Positions 51,490 through 64,000 of a DNA stretch of 64,000 nucleotides are shown piece after piece. A program made the position numbers and the translations under genes. Every line of letters starts with the position of its first letter. The stretch's first letter is position 1. This DNA is from Chiloscyllium plagiosum. Its lineage: Eukaryota. The notes beneath the pieces are model-generated. The model made no database searches, was not told where the DNA came from, and saw only the letters and a list, made by a program, of their open reading frames with translations. Where the stretch lies: positions 7,811,697 through 7,875,696 of the forward strand of contig NC_057746.1 of NCBI RefSeq assembly GCF_004010195.1, written 5' to 3'.

Positions 51490-52960
51490 AGAATGGCGGT
51501 ATATTTCCAAATCAGGATGATGATTGACTTGGAATGGAATGTGTAGTGCACAGTGATCCCATGAACCTGCTGCTCGTGTCCGTCGAGATGATTGTGGGTT
51601 TTGAAGGTTTAGTTTGAGAAATTTGGTGAATTTCTGCAATGCATTTGGTCGTTGGTAAATTTTGCTGCTACTGAGAGTCAGTGGTGGAAATAAGACGGTT
51701 GTGGTGGCAATCAAATGAACTGTTTTATCCCGGATAGTGTCAAGTTTCTTGAGTGTTGTTGCAGCCTCACTCATGGCGGCAAATGGGGAGTGTTCCACCA
51801 CACTCCTGTCTTGGACGTTCCAGATGGTGGACAGATGGAAGGCTGGAAGTGCATTATTCCCTGCAGTATTCCGAGCTTCTACCCTGCCTTGTCACCACTG
51901 TATTTAAATGGATAGTACTGTTCAGTTTCTGATCAATTGTAATCTCAAGATGGCGATAGTTGAGGAATCAGCATCGGTAACCCCATTGAATTTCAAGGGA
52001 TGAATGTTTGATTCTCTGTTGTTAGAATTCATCATTGTCTGGCATTTGTGTGCCATATGTACTACTTAAGACGTTTCATCCCAAGCCTGGATATTGTCCA
52101 GGTCTCACTGAATTTGGATAAGGAGTGCTTCAGTACCTGATTTGATGCAAATTCTGCTGAACACAGCGTAATCATTCGCTAATATCCCCATGGCTGTCTC
52201 TATGATGGAGGGAGATCCATTGATGAAATTACTGAAGATGGTCAGGCCGAAGACACTCCTTTGAGAAACTCCTGCAGAGATGTACTGCAGCTGTGATGAC
52301 TGACCTCAAAGAACCTCAACTTTCTTCTTTTCTGCCAAGGACGACTCCACCTAGTGGAGCATTTTCCCGATTTCCATTGCCTCCAGTTTTGCTCAGGCTC
52401 CTTGAAGCCACACCAGGCCAAACGCAGCCTTGATGTTAAATACAGTCAGCCTCACCCCCACCTCTGCAATTCAGCTCTTTTCGTTCATGTTTGGCCTAAG
52501 GCTGGAGTGAGGTCAGGAGCTGAGTGGTGTCACTGAGCAGGTTGTTGGTATGTAGGTGCTGCTTTGTAGCACGGTTGATGAAGCTTTCCTTCACATTTGC
52601 ATGATCGATATCATATTGATGGGGTGGGAATTCGCTGGGTTGGCTTTGTCTTGTTATTTATGCACATCACATACCTGGGCACATTTCCAATTTCTGAGGT
52701 AAATGTAAGCTGGAACCGCTTGCCCAGGGGTACAGCATGTTCTGGAGCACATGTCATCTGTCCCATTGCTGGGATATTGTCAAGGCCCCAGCCTTTATCC
52801 ACGAGAGGATGCCAAGATGGATGAGCCATCAGTATTTCTGCCTGAAGAGCTTAATGAATGGCTGTCGCCTTATCTTTGCATTGATTTAATGAGCTCTCCC
52901 ATTCTTGATTATTGCAGATATACGTGGAGCCACCTCCTGCAATGAATTATTTAAATGTTC
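51490..52960 (-). mobile_element. CR1/L2-superfamily LINE RT relic (same type as 42135-43065)
   Basis: Reverse complement gives AACATCAAGGCTGCGTTTGGCCTGGTGTGG and HSPFAAMSEAATTLKKLDTIRDK. Confidence 0.75.
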
Positions 52961-53032
52961 ACAGTCATTCACGTCCGGATGTGCCAGGACTGCAGGGCTT
53001 AGATCTAATATGTTGATTGCAGAATTCCTTAG

Positions 53033-53253
53033 GAGAAAGTGAGGACTGCAGATGCTGGAGATCAGCACTGAAAAATGTGTTGCTGGAAAAGCGCAGCAGT
53101 TCAGGCAGCATCAAAGGAGCAGGAGAATCGACGTTTCGGGCATTAGCCCTTCTTCAGGAATCCTGAAGAAGGGCTCATGCCCGAAACGTCGATTCTCCTG
53201 TTCCTTGGATGCTTCCTGACCTGCTGCGCTTTTCCAGCAACACAATTTTCAGC
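53033..53253. mobile_element. Near-perfect fold-back Penelope-terminus element, hammerhead core on each strand, 14-15-bp TSD
   Basis: Arms meet at TTCAGGA-A-TCCTGAA (centre 53160). TSD TGCAGAATTCCTTAG at 53018-53032 and TGTAGATTCCTTAG at 53254-53267. Empty paralogous site at 27002-27016. Confidence 0.92.
53158..53195 (+). ncRNA. Minimal type I hammerhead ribozyme motif, intact core
   Basis: GAATC-CTGAAGA-A-GGGC-TCAT-GCCC-GAAAC-GTC-GATTC: 5-bp stem I, 4-bp stem II, ACGT palindrome; predicted cut after C53190. Confidence 0.75.
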
Positions 53254-53289
53254 TGTAGATTCCTTAGTTGTGTCTGTCACATCCTGCTC

Positions 53290-54723
53290 ATGCATGTTGT
53301 GAATGTGTTGGTGAAGACCACAGCTTTGAAGTCATTGTGAAGCAGGCGGAGAATGGTGACAGAATTCTGTGGGCATCCACATTTGTAAGAGATATCCCAA
53401 AGTCGCTTACAATTGACAGGGTCGACGATCTTTGTGAGATTGAATAGTATAGAGGTTGCTGCTGTTCTCGGCACACTGATTGGATTTGTCACACACTGAC
53501 AATCATGGTCATTCTACCTCTTGATGGGCGGAAGCTGCACTGAAACTCGGGAGGAGTTCTTCAGCCAATGGGAGGAGGGACTGAGGTGGATTCTCATGAC
53601 GAACATCCCCATGGCGGACAGTGGAGAATCTCGCTGTACTTCAGACCGGTCTCCGTTCTTGAATTTGGTCATAGTAACTGCATCTCTGAGATCTCCCAGC
53701 ATGTTCCCTTCATTCCAGACATGGAATGATGAGGTATATTCATGTCAAGAATTATTCTCTGCCATATTTCAGTCCTTCACCGGGGATTCCATCGGTGCCA
53801 GTGTCCTTGCTGTTGGAGGTGCTTTTGGGTGGGTTGGAGGTTTGTTGAGATGGTGGTGGGTAGTGTGTTGTGGGATGGTGTTAGGAACACTTGTGCTGAA
53901 GGCTGTGAATTGTTGGAGGAGGCCCTTGAAGTGCTCTCTCCAGCAAGTGCTGACTGCCTCTCGGTCTTTGATGAGGGACTCTCTGTGTTTGTCTCTCAGT
54001 GGGGTCACTCCCTGAGTACTCGGTCTGTAGATGGCTTTGATTATGGTGCAGAAGCTGCACACATTGTGGCTGTCAGTAAGTCACTGACTCTCCTTCTGAC
54101 TCTTTCCACCCACCATCTATTCTTTAGGTCACGGCTTCCTTATTACCCTTCAGCCTTCAGTTGTGTCTCTGCTTGTTTCCTTTAGCTGGAGTTATGGTGG
54201 AGCTGCCAGTTCAGCAACAACTCATGTTTGCAGTCTTGGAGATCCTGGATCTCTTGCTTATCTCACTGAGCCAGTCCTGGGGTTTAATGTCGAGAGGTCA
54301 TGGGTTTCCATACAGCTGCTGACTGGGAAGGGGTTTAGGGTGGACCAGATTCTGTGAGCACTCTGTGGGAGATCCTGGATCTCTTGCTTATCTCACTGAG
54401 CCAGTCCTGGGGTTTACATGTCGAGAGGTCATGGGTTTCCATACAGCTGCTGACTGGGAAGGGGTTTAGGGTGGACCAGATTCTGTGAGCACTCTGTGAC
54501 TCAGGTATCTTGGTCATCATCAAGTCGGCTGTGAGGCACTGCCTTCGGAGGATAGCCATAGTTCAAGGCTGGTGTGGAATTAGTCTTTTGTCTCCTCCAT
54601 TGTGTCTAGATTCAGGGCAGAGGCACTGACGGCTGTGATATACTGCTTTTGGCCCAGGGTGTGTCAGAGCGTTATGAGGAGCTCATTTACCTCTCAGGGG
54701 GATTTGTTGGGACGTCTGACTGG
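53290..54723 (-). mobile_element. RTE (BovB-like) LINE relic, segmental duplicate B
   Basis: IKAIYRPSTQGVTPLR..LIKDREAVSTCWREHF; GDLRDAVTMTKFKNGDRS. Confidence 0.78.
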
Positions 54724-54824
54724 TCTATTTGCTATGGTGAAGCTGATCCCATCGACACAGTGTTCTGTGTTTGTTTTCCATGAAGAAGTTGTAACTTTAA
54801 GATCTTATCCTTTAAGTTGTCCTT

Positions 54825-56110
54825 CTGCTCCTCCAGCTCCTACACCCCTCCTTATCTCTGTAACCTTCTCCACCCCCTACATCCCTCTCTATCTGTGTAA
54901 CCTCCCCAGTACTAAAACCCCTCCCTATATCTGTAACCTCCTGGAGACCTTACACCTTTCCCTTTCACTGTTACCTCCTCCAGCACCTACACCCCTCCCT
55001 ATCTCTATAAGCTCATCAGCACCAAAACTCCTCCAGATCTCTGTAACCTCATCCAGGCCATACATCCGTCACTATCTCTGTATCCTCATCCAGCTCCTAC
55101 AGCCCCTCACTATCTCTGCAACCACCTACAACCCCGACACACCTCCCGATATCTGTCACCTCCTCCAGCCCCTACATCCCTCCCTATTTCTGTAACACAC
55201 TCCAGCCAATACATCCCTCCCCGTCTCTGTAACCTCCTCCAACCCCTACACCCCTCCCTATCTCTGTAACCTCCTACAACGTCTACACACCTCACTATAT
55301 CTGTAACCTCCTCCAGCCCCTACACCTCTCCCTATCTTTGTAACCTCCTCCAGCCCCTACGCTCCTTCCTGGCTCTGTCAAGTCCTCCAGCCCTCACACC
55401 CCTTCTTTATCTTTGTAACCCCTTCCAGCCAGTACAACCCTTCCTACCTGTGTGACCTCCTCCAGCCCTCGCACTCCTCCTTGACTCTGAAACCTGCTCC
55501 AGCCCCTACGCACCTCCCTTTCTCTGTAACCTCCTCCAGCCCCTACATCCCTCCCTATCTCTGTAACTTCCTTCATCCCATTCAGCCCTCCCTATATCTG
55601 TATCCTACTCCAGACCTTACATCCCTCCCTGTCTCTGTAACACCCTCCAGCACGTACATCCCTTCCTGTCTCTGTAACCTCCTCCAGCCACTACATCCCT
55701 CCCTAGCTCTGTAACCTCCTCCACTCACAACACACCTCTCTATCACTGTAACCTCCTTCAGCCCCAAATCCCTCCCTAACTTTGTAACCTCCTCCAGCCC
55801 TTACACCCCTCCTATCTCCATTACCCCATCCAGCCCCTACACCCTTCCCTACTTCTGTAACGCTCTCCCACTCCTTCATGTTTTCTTATCTCTGTAACCA
55901 CCTCCAGCATCTACACCCCTCCCTACCGCTGCAATCTTCTCCATCCCCTAAATCGCTCACTATCCAAGTAAGTTTCGCCAGTCTCCTAAGCACCTCCCAA
56001 TCGCTGTAATCTTCTCCAGCCTCTGTCACCTCCATCAGCCCCTACATGCCTCACTATCTCTATGACCTCCTCCAGTCCCGACACTCCTCCCAATCTCTAA
56101 CTTCCTGTAA
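54825..56110. repeat. 37-bp C/T-rich minisatellite, about 35 units
   Basis: Unit approximately CTCTGTAACCTCCTCCAGCCCCTACAYCCCTCCCTAT. Confidence 0.95.
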
Positions 56111-56111
56111 C

Positions 56112-56410
56112 GCTCAGGCCATCGCTCCCTGCAAAGGACCAAACGTTCAGGACAACAGCAACTATAACACTACACAATCCTATCATGGCAACCTCTGCAA
56201 GACATGTCAGATCATCACCATGGATATTACCATTACACAAGGAAACAGCTCCCACCACATACATGGCAGGTACTCATATGACTCAGTCAATGTTGTCTAA
56301 CTCATCCACCTCAGGCCAGGATACTCTGGTGCATGGAATATTGGTGAGACCGTACACAGACTATGACAACGGATGAATGGACACCATGCAGCAATCGCCA
56401 GACTAGAATA
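56112..56410 (+). mobile_element. Penelope (Neptune-like) GIY-YIG relic
   Basis: HGNLCKTCQII..HIHGRYSYDSVNVV*LI..WNIGETVHRL*QRMNGH. Confidence 0.75.
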
Positions 56411-58129
56411 TTCTCGCCCAATCGAGAATACACCATCTGGTGTATTCTCGTCCAGTCTCGGGAGCAGACAGGACTTGAACCCAGGCCTCCTGACCCAGAG
56501 GTAGGGACACCACCATTCTGCTGTAAGAAAACGCCTTTTCTAAATTTACAACTGGGGTCCTCAAAATGCCACATTTTTTGTAATATGTTTCGACTGGAGT
56601 TGAGATAGGGTGGGGAGTAGGTCTAGGTGAGATGCTCCTCAAAGTGTCACTGTGCACTCGATGGGCTTAATGGCCTACTTCCACACTATAGTGATTCTAA
56701 GATTCTATGCTGGGATGTTGCATGATCTGGATATCTATCAGTTGAACTGCGTGCTCCTTGTGTGGGAGCCAATTCACAGCAGGGCTCAGAGACCTCCTTT
56801 CTGCTCTGATATTTTTTCATCATCGAGTCAACACGGAAGCAGACCCTTCTAATCAAAGATGTTATTACACATGTGGAGCAGGTGGTACTTGTACCCTGGA
56901 CCAGAGGCAGAAATACTAACACAGTATTGCAAAATCACCCTCCTATTTTTCTAAACACCAACAGTATAAGCCTCAACTGTCCAACCATTACTCATCAGGC
57001 AATCTGCCCATTCTTGCATATGGTCCTGCGCTATTCAAACAGGGTCCTTACATTTCTGCTTCGGTATAGACTAAGGCATACTTGTTCCAAATACAAATAT
57101 CTGCACTGACTTCTGCACGGCAAAACTGGAATTACAAATACGCATGTACGTTGAAATCACAAGATAGTGGGAATTTTCGTATAATAGCTGCTATATTTCA
57201 CTTTCTACATCTGTACTTTTGCAGCAATGATACTCAGGAAAAGTTAACTGCAGGTGTGAAAACTACAGATGAAGAGCGATGGGTCAATTTCACTTTCCCG
57301 ATGTTGTCGGTGGGATATGGATGGTGCTGGCAAGGCCAGCATTTACTGCCCATCCTTACTGCACTGATGGCGGTGAGTTGTCCACGTGAACCACTGCATT
57401 GCTGTAATGGAAAGAGTTCCCTTGACTTTTGCAATAGTTCCAAATCAGAAAAGGCAAAGGTTATTTAAGAATTTGTTCTAAGATTATGAGAAACACTGAC
57501 TGGGCCAGCATGGCTGACCTGTTTCCATTTGGACTGGAACTGGGAGGCTTGTCAGGTTACGTCAGTGGACAATTAAGCGTCAACAGCATTGTGGTGGGGT
57601 ATATTCTCACATCTGGAGCAGACTCGGTCAAGATGACTGATGGTCTTCCTGAAAGAACATTACCAGATAGGTTCTGATAACATGCAGTGTCTGTCCTTCA
57701 ACTAGCATTTCTCAATTTCAATTCTTTTTAATTGGTGGGTAACTTGCAGGTAACGGTGCCTTATGCAACTGTTGAGTGGTGCCTTGTAGGTAATGAAGAG
57801 GCATTTAGGAAGCATGTAACTAGCTACTCGCCCACAGAAATTCTAGCCTTCAAGGTGGAGAATGGATCATCAACTGCTTCACGTTCACTACAAAAAGTAC
57901 TTGACATATAAGACTTCATGAGTGATAATGTCTCTTAATTTGTAATTTAACAACTACAATATTTCAGCACTGAGCTTCCTGCAGGCTTTAACACCAATCC
58001 CCACACGGGCCAAAACCAGTGCCGAACGCCAGCAGATTTGAATGAGTCAATCTCAGTTAGGTTCAACGACACACTGAGAAATAGTCAGCAGTTTTCCAAC
58101 AATTTCATTTTCAGTGTATATTTATGTTT

Positions 58130-59410
58130 ATTCAGACCCTGCAGCGATACCTTTATGTTGAGCTCCCTCCAAGGTTGATAGGCCCTGACGATGTATTTCT
58201 CCTTCATGACATAGGAGAAATACATCGTCATTTTCCTGAGTATCATTGCTCCACAAAACTGTTTGTGGAGTTTTCCCAGGATTGGGCGTCCTTCCAGGAA
58301 TTGCCTGTCTTTTACTTGGACTTGATCACAGTCCAGGTCACCTATTCCCGCTACAGGAGCAGGGACTCTTATCAGGGAGATGCTGCTCAGGAACTGATTT
58401 GTCTGAGAGCAGGATTTGCGCTGCCGAGGGAGGACAGAGCTCAGGATATAAGGCTGACCACGGTCGGGGACATGCTGGACGGTGAAGGAGCGGGCTGGAT
58501 AATGCTGGCACAGTTGGTCGTGAAAGTGTCATTTGGCACTTGGTTCACACCCTGGGCCATCCAGAAGCTCATGAACAATTCACCTGTGCCCCACGTGAAA
58601 TCAGGCGGGTGGAGCGTTTCTGGAAAAACTGAACCTTGTACTCCTAGAACTCGACATCAAGCCCGGGCTGTGAAACTTCCCCAACCCCAACTTCCACGTC
58701 CCCACCTCCCGGCTCCGAGCTGTCACGTGGATATCCTCCCGACCTGCCCCCACCCACACGCCCCCGACTCTGAGCTGTCTTGGGGATATCCTCCCAGTGC
58801 CCTTTGCAATGGCACAGAGGGGAATGTGGGCTGTGCCACTTTCCCATCTTCACCCAGGCACACCCTCAGAGTGCCATCTTGTCGTCCGACGGCAGAGATC
58901 CACAATGGAGCGTCTTCTACAAAGAGGTGTGCCCCTTTTCCTTTGAGAACTGTGGGATTGGGAGCAGACGGCACCGCACACTGATGTTACCGAGTAACTT
59001 GAGATGGACCATACGAGGATTGTGTGGCCAGGAGAAGACAGGTTATCATGACAACCTAGAAGGTGTTTGTCTGCTTCTTTATTTTTTTCTGAAGGGGCAG
59101 CTTAAATGCTGTCTGCATGTCAGCCCCATGCACCTGATCTATGGGCACCACAGTATGGTGGGGTGAGTGGGTGGATAAGTCCACGGGCCTTTTCATGGTC
59201 TTGCTCGGGGACCTGGTTCAGGTGGCCACGCACAGATCCAGGGCATTGCTTGAAGTGGCTCTCGCCCATCATGATTGTTTGTCCCTCTTCGAGGTTATAC
59301 CCACGCTCGGTGTCCCTGGACAGGGAGCACATAGTGCTCACAGTGCTATTTTCAAAAAATAGCTTTGCATCACATCGAGGAGTCCCACGCTGTTCCTGCC
59401 CTGGGTGTAT
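58130..59410 (+). mobile_element. Tx1-clade (L1-like) LINE ORF2 C-terminal relic
   Basis: LQRYLYVE..ELPVFYLDLI; PQWSVFY; LHVSPMHLIYGH..HRSR..DCLSLF/RGY..VSLDREH across frameshifts. Confidence 0.75.
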
Positions 59411-59417
59411 TGGATGG

Positions 59418-59515
59418 GAGTCGAAGAGTGTCGTGCTGGAAACACACAGCAGGTCAGGCATCACCCTTGGAGCAGGAGAATCAACATTTCGGCCAGACGC
59501 CCTTCATCAGGAATG
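59418..59515 (-). mobile_element. Single-arm Penelope terminus, degenerate hammerhead
   Basis: Minus strand ATTCCTGATGAAGGGCGTCTGGCCGAAATGTTGATTCTCC. Confidence 0.7.
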
Positions 59516-60989
59516 TTGTTGGATGCGGGCAGTTTTGAAGAAACTTGATTTACAATTAAGTTTTTTTCCGGCCCAGTGGAGGGACACTGGAAATAGTGTA
59601 TGCACTGCCAATCGGAATCACAGGAACCCAACAATCAGCTTTCTGACCAACTAGGATAAATGGACAGGATACTGACAACTTGCATTTATATAGCACCATT
59701 AAGTTTAGCACCTCAAAGCATTTAACAAGCACACTCTGATAATCCAACACTGAGTCCAAGCGATCAAGAGCTTGGTCAGAGATAGTCCCTTTTAAAAGGA
59801 GTAGAGGGTTCCCAGGAGCCAGACGAGTGTAAGCTGAAAGAAATAGAGACTACAGAGTGAGCATAACAACACAAGAAACGAGGAGGAACACTGGCAACAT
59901 CTTTGAAGAGTAACCAGAGTTAACATTACGGGTCTAGTGACCCTCAACTGCCATTAGTCTCTGATTCCTCTCCACAGATGCTGCCAGACCTGCTGAGCTA
60001 TTCAAGAATTTTCTGTTTTCTTTTCTGATTTAGAGCATCTCGGTTTTCAAATTGGTGGAGTCAGCCATTCCATTCGGCCCTTGATCAATGCAAATGTCCA
60101 CAAACAACCGTCACACCTTTCAAACCTTATGACAGAATAAGGGACTTTAAAATTATAAAGCTTTCTCTCTTCAGCCTGCAGCCTATGGAGCTGATCATTC
60201 CGGAAAGAAGAACACGTAGTTCTTTGTTTATGGGGTGGTTGTGTTGTTGTACAAACCCACAAACGCTCAGGATTTAGAAAAGTGCTTTTCACTTTTTTGG
60301 GCACCTTTGTTTGGTCGTTGTACACCGACTAGGCGTCAAGATGTCGCAATTGAGTAATGAAGTCCATTTTCTTTCCAACTGGCAGAGCTCAGCTTAGACA
60401 ATGCCAGGGACACAAGGTGGAGTTTATGTCATGAACCATCTGGGGACCTACCCAACTAAACGTCTAACTGCACTGCACAGAATATCTTACACAGAGTATT
60501 ACGTTGACACTGCACTCAACTCTATTCAATTTGAATTAAACACAGAAATGCACTCACCAAAATGTCAGTTTAGATGTTGAAAATGTTCCCGTCTATTGAG
60601 TCTATTTCCAAAACACCAATCCTATCAGCTCCCCATTCCAACAGTACAGTTGACTCCTTCACCTGACTCCAGGATTGTTTTAACTGAGCAGGAGCCACTG
60701 ACGTGCTTTTGACATCAAAACAATGTGCAACAGAACATGGCACCAAAACCATCTCATCAAACTGAAGGCAATGGAAAGCCTGTTAGTGGCTGAAATCATA
60801 TTAGTCTCCAGATGGATGAGGGTGTCGAGATTGCATGTGTTATGGTGCTGGTCTGCCCTACAGAGGTCCCTCTGGGTTGTCTCCTGGACCCAACCACTTC
60901 CAGTTGCTTCAGTCTTCCTTCAGTCACCAGCTTATGAATGGACCGACCTGATCTTAAAGTCAGCGGTGACTAGCTCCATTCAGAAGTCC

Positions 60990-61150
60990 ATAGATGTGAC
61001 GCTGGAAAAGCACAGCAGGCGAGATAGCATCCAAGGAGCAGGAAGGCCTCCACCTCTCGTCAACGCCCTTGGTCAGGATTCGGCCAGAAACGTTGGCCTT
61101 CCTGCTTCTCAGCTGCCCCCTGACCTGCTGCACTCCCCGAGCTTCAGATC
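60990..61150. mobile_element. Old fold-back Penelope-terminus element
   Basis: CAGCAGG..GGAGCAGGAAGGCC mirrored by GGCCTTCCTGCTTC..CCTGCTG. Confidence 0.6.
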
Positions 61151-61789
61151 GACTGACTGGCTTCCACAGAATCTGCAGGCCTCATAGTCCCCAGCTGTAT
61201 TCGTCACTTCACCAATAAGCAATCTGGTGTAAACTGCTTCCAACAGAATCAAAATCCCAGGCCTGAACTGATCATGTTCACCCCACCTACAAAGTCAATT
61301 TCAGTTTCGTGAGGCGCCTGTGCCTCCCAGCTGGAAGCTTTCAGCTGTGTCAGCAACTCAAGTACAGCCCTGAGATGGGGCGTGGGGGGGTGGTGATTTG
61401 GTGAGAAGATGCATCGATCAAATGTGCCATCTAAAAAAGATGGATTCAGCTCGCATTGCAGGATAGAAATTATTCTCAACGCTAAACAGGAACAGAGAAG
61501 TTGTCCTGGTAAATACCTATCCGTCAGTCAGTGCCTCTGAAGCAAATTATTGAGGAGCGAATTATTGCATATGCTGGAATCTGTACTGAAAACAACAAAT
61601 GCTGAAGATCATAGGGGGCCAGGCAGAATCCATGGAGAGAGAGTGAGTAAGCCAACGCTCAGTCATCTCAACTCAAAACATCAGCCTGCTGTCTCTTCAC
61701 GGACGCAGCCCGATCTGCCGTGACCCCCAGCATCCCTTGCTCGTGTTTGCAAGACGAACGATTTTGTCATTTAATTCATTGCTGTTCAG

Positions 61790-63238
61790 AGACATAGATC
61801 ATAGAACATTACAGTGCAGTACAGGCCCTTCGGCCCTCGATGTTGTGCTGACCTGTCATACCAATCTGAAGCCCATCCAACAATACACTATTCCATGTCC
61901 GTCCATATACTTGTCCAATGACGACTTAAATGTACTTAAAGTTGGCGAATCTGCTACCGTTGCAGACAAAGCATTCCATACCTTTGCTACTCTCTGAGTA
62001 AAGAAACAACCTCTGACAGCTGTCCGATATCTATCACCCCTCAATTTAAAACTATGCCCACTCGTGCTCGCTGTCACAATAATTGGAAAAGGGTTCTCCC
62101 TGTCCACCCTATCTAACCCTCTGATTATCTTATATGTTTCTATTAAGTCACCTCTCAACCTTCTTCTCTCAAACAAAAACAGCCTCAAGCCCGTCAGCCT
62201 TTCCTTGTAAGACCTTCCCTCCATACCAGGCAACATCCTAGTAAATCTCCTCTGCACCCTTTCCAAAGCCTCCACATCCTTCTTATAATGCGGTAACCAG
62301 AACTGTACACAATACTCCAAGTGCGGCCGCACCAGAGTTTTGTACAGCTGCAGCATAATCTCATGGTTCCGGAACTCGATCTCTCTATTAATAAAAGCTA
62401 AAACACCGTACGCCTTCTTGACAAACCTGTAAACCTGGGTGGAAACTTTCAAGGATCTGTGTACATCGACACCGAGATCTCTCTGCTCATCCACACTACC
62501 AAGAATCTTACCATTAACCCAGTACTTTCATTACCGGTTACTCCGACCAAAGTGAATCACCTCACACTTGTCCTCATTAAGCTCCATTTGCCACCTCTCA
62601 GTCCAGCTCTGCAGCTTCTCTTTGTCTCTCTGTAACCTTACAACATCCATCGTCAATATCTACAACTCTACTGACTTTAGTGTTGTCGACGAATTTATTA
62701 ATCCACCCTTCTCCGTCCTCATCCAGTTCATTTATAAAAATGATGAACAGCAGTGGACCCAACACCGACCCTTGCGATACACCACTAGTAACTGGTCTCC
62801 AGGATGAACATTTCCCATCAACCACCACCCTCTGTCTTCTTTCAGCAAGCCAATTACTGATCCAAATTGCTATATCTCCCACATCCCATTCTTTTGCATT
62901 GTGTATAATAGCCTACTGTGGCGAACTTTATCGAACGCCCTGCTGAAATCCATATACACCACATCAATCGGTTTAGTCTCATCTATCTGTTTGGTCAACT
63001 TCTGAAAGAACTCAATAAGGATTGTGAGGCACAACCTACCCTTCACAAAACAGTGCTGTCTACCCCTAATCAAATAATTCTTTTCCAGATGATTATAAAT
63101 CCTATCTCTTATAACCTTTTTCAATACTATACCAACAACTGAAGTAAGGCTCAGTGGTCTATAATTACCAGGGTTGTCTCTACTCCCCTTTTTGAACACG
63201 GGAATCACATTTGCTATCCTCCAGTTTTTGGCACTACT
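61790..63238 (-). mobile_element. CR1 LINE, relatively young, RT to 3' tail
   Basis: ORFs 62870-63403, 62598-62882 and 61856-62494 (LYKTLVRPHLEYCVQFW..RGDLIETYKII); CATAGAACATTACAGTGCAGTACAGGCCCTT tail. Confidence 0.95.
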
Positions 63239-63574
63239 GCAGACTATTCCTGTGGACTTTGCTGAATACAACTTTGGTCCTTTGTCTTCATGCAACAATG
63301 ATACCATTCCCATAGATTTCATTAACTGAGGTGCATAAGATCGTGCATAAATGCAAGGGTATTCTCTCTCTGTCCTCACTTTCAGTTGGTGATCATCTCC
63401 CACAAGAGAAACCCAACACGCTCACTGACTCTCTCGCCAGCATTAACTGCATCATTATGAACATTTTCAGGGTCATCGCTGACCAGAAATTTAACTGGAC
63501 CACATTGATCATAAACAGGTCTTCAAGACCCACACGGAAGGGTGCATGTTTGCTATCTCAAATCTTTCCACCAA

Positions 63575-63910
63575 TTCAAAGTCTCATGTCTCTTTCAAAG
63601 CTTTCCCCTCTCTCCTCAAACCTATGCCCTCTAGTTCTGGAATTCCCCACACCAGGGAAAAGACTGTGTCTATTTATACTATCCATGCCCCTCATAATTT
63701 TGTAGACCTCTGTCTGGTCACTTCTCAGTCTCTGACGCTCCAGGAAAAACATCGCCAGCCAGTTCAGCCTCTCCTTGTAGCTCAAACCCTGCAACCCTGG
63801 CAACATCCTTGGAAGTCTTTACTGAGCCCTTTCAAATTTAACGACATCTTTCCAATAGCAGGAAGACCCGAATTGAAGTCAGTATTTCAAAAGTGGCCTA
63901 ACCAATTTCC
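63575..63910 (-). mobile_element. CR1 3' ORF2 fragment
   Basis: LPGLQGLSYKERLN..TEVYKIMRGMD..TRGHRF. Confidence 0.85.
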
Positions 63911-64000
63911 TAAAGATGTTAAAATTAGTCAGTTCTCATGACACACATATGCGACACGGCTGGGGTCCATTAATAATCAAGAAAAGACCAAGTACGATGA

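Noticed and set aside
54602-55767. Proline-rich ORFs up to 197 aa
   Set aside because: Open only because the 37-bp C/T-rich repeat is stop-poor; the unit is not a multiple of 3.
58124-58984. 286-aa ORF as a novel protein-coding gene
   Set aside because: Its start is Tx1 LINE ORF2-like and the homology continues in other frames; it is a decayed retrotransposon.

Overview
Eukaryotic, repeat-dense DNA, most likely from a shark (elasmobranch-type V-SINE/HE1-like SINEs, CR1 LINEs, Penelope-like elements). The only apparently intact gene is a two-exon GPR139/GPR142-like class A GPCR on the minus strand (4308-4242 joined to 769-<1), which the ORF track misses because it runs off the window. Also present are a NACHT (NLR) pseudogene split by a CR1, a C2H2 zinc-finger pseudogene split by nested insertions, Gypsy and ERV gag relics, RTE, Tx1 and Vingi-like relics, four tandem arrays and an old inverted segmental duplication (about 25.7-28.5 kb versus 49.9-54.7 kb). 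The most notable structure is a set of Penelope-terminus elements carrying minimal hammerhead ribozyme motifs. Several are short fold-back palindromes, and one has both its filled and its empty paralogous site inside the window. Also notable are tiny retro-inserts flanked by unusually long (30-59 bp) duplications, and tandem arrays apparently seeded from LINE 3' ends. Family names come from motif recognition by eye, not database searches, and repeat boundaries are approximate.
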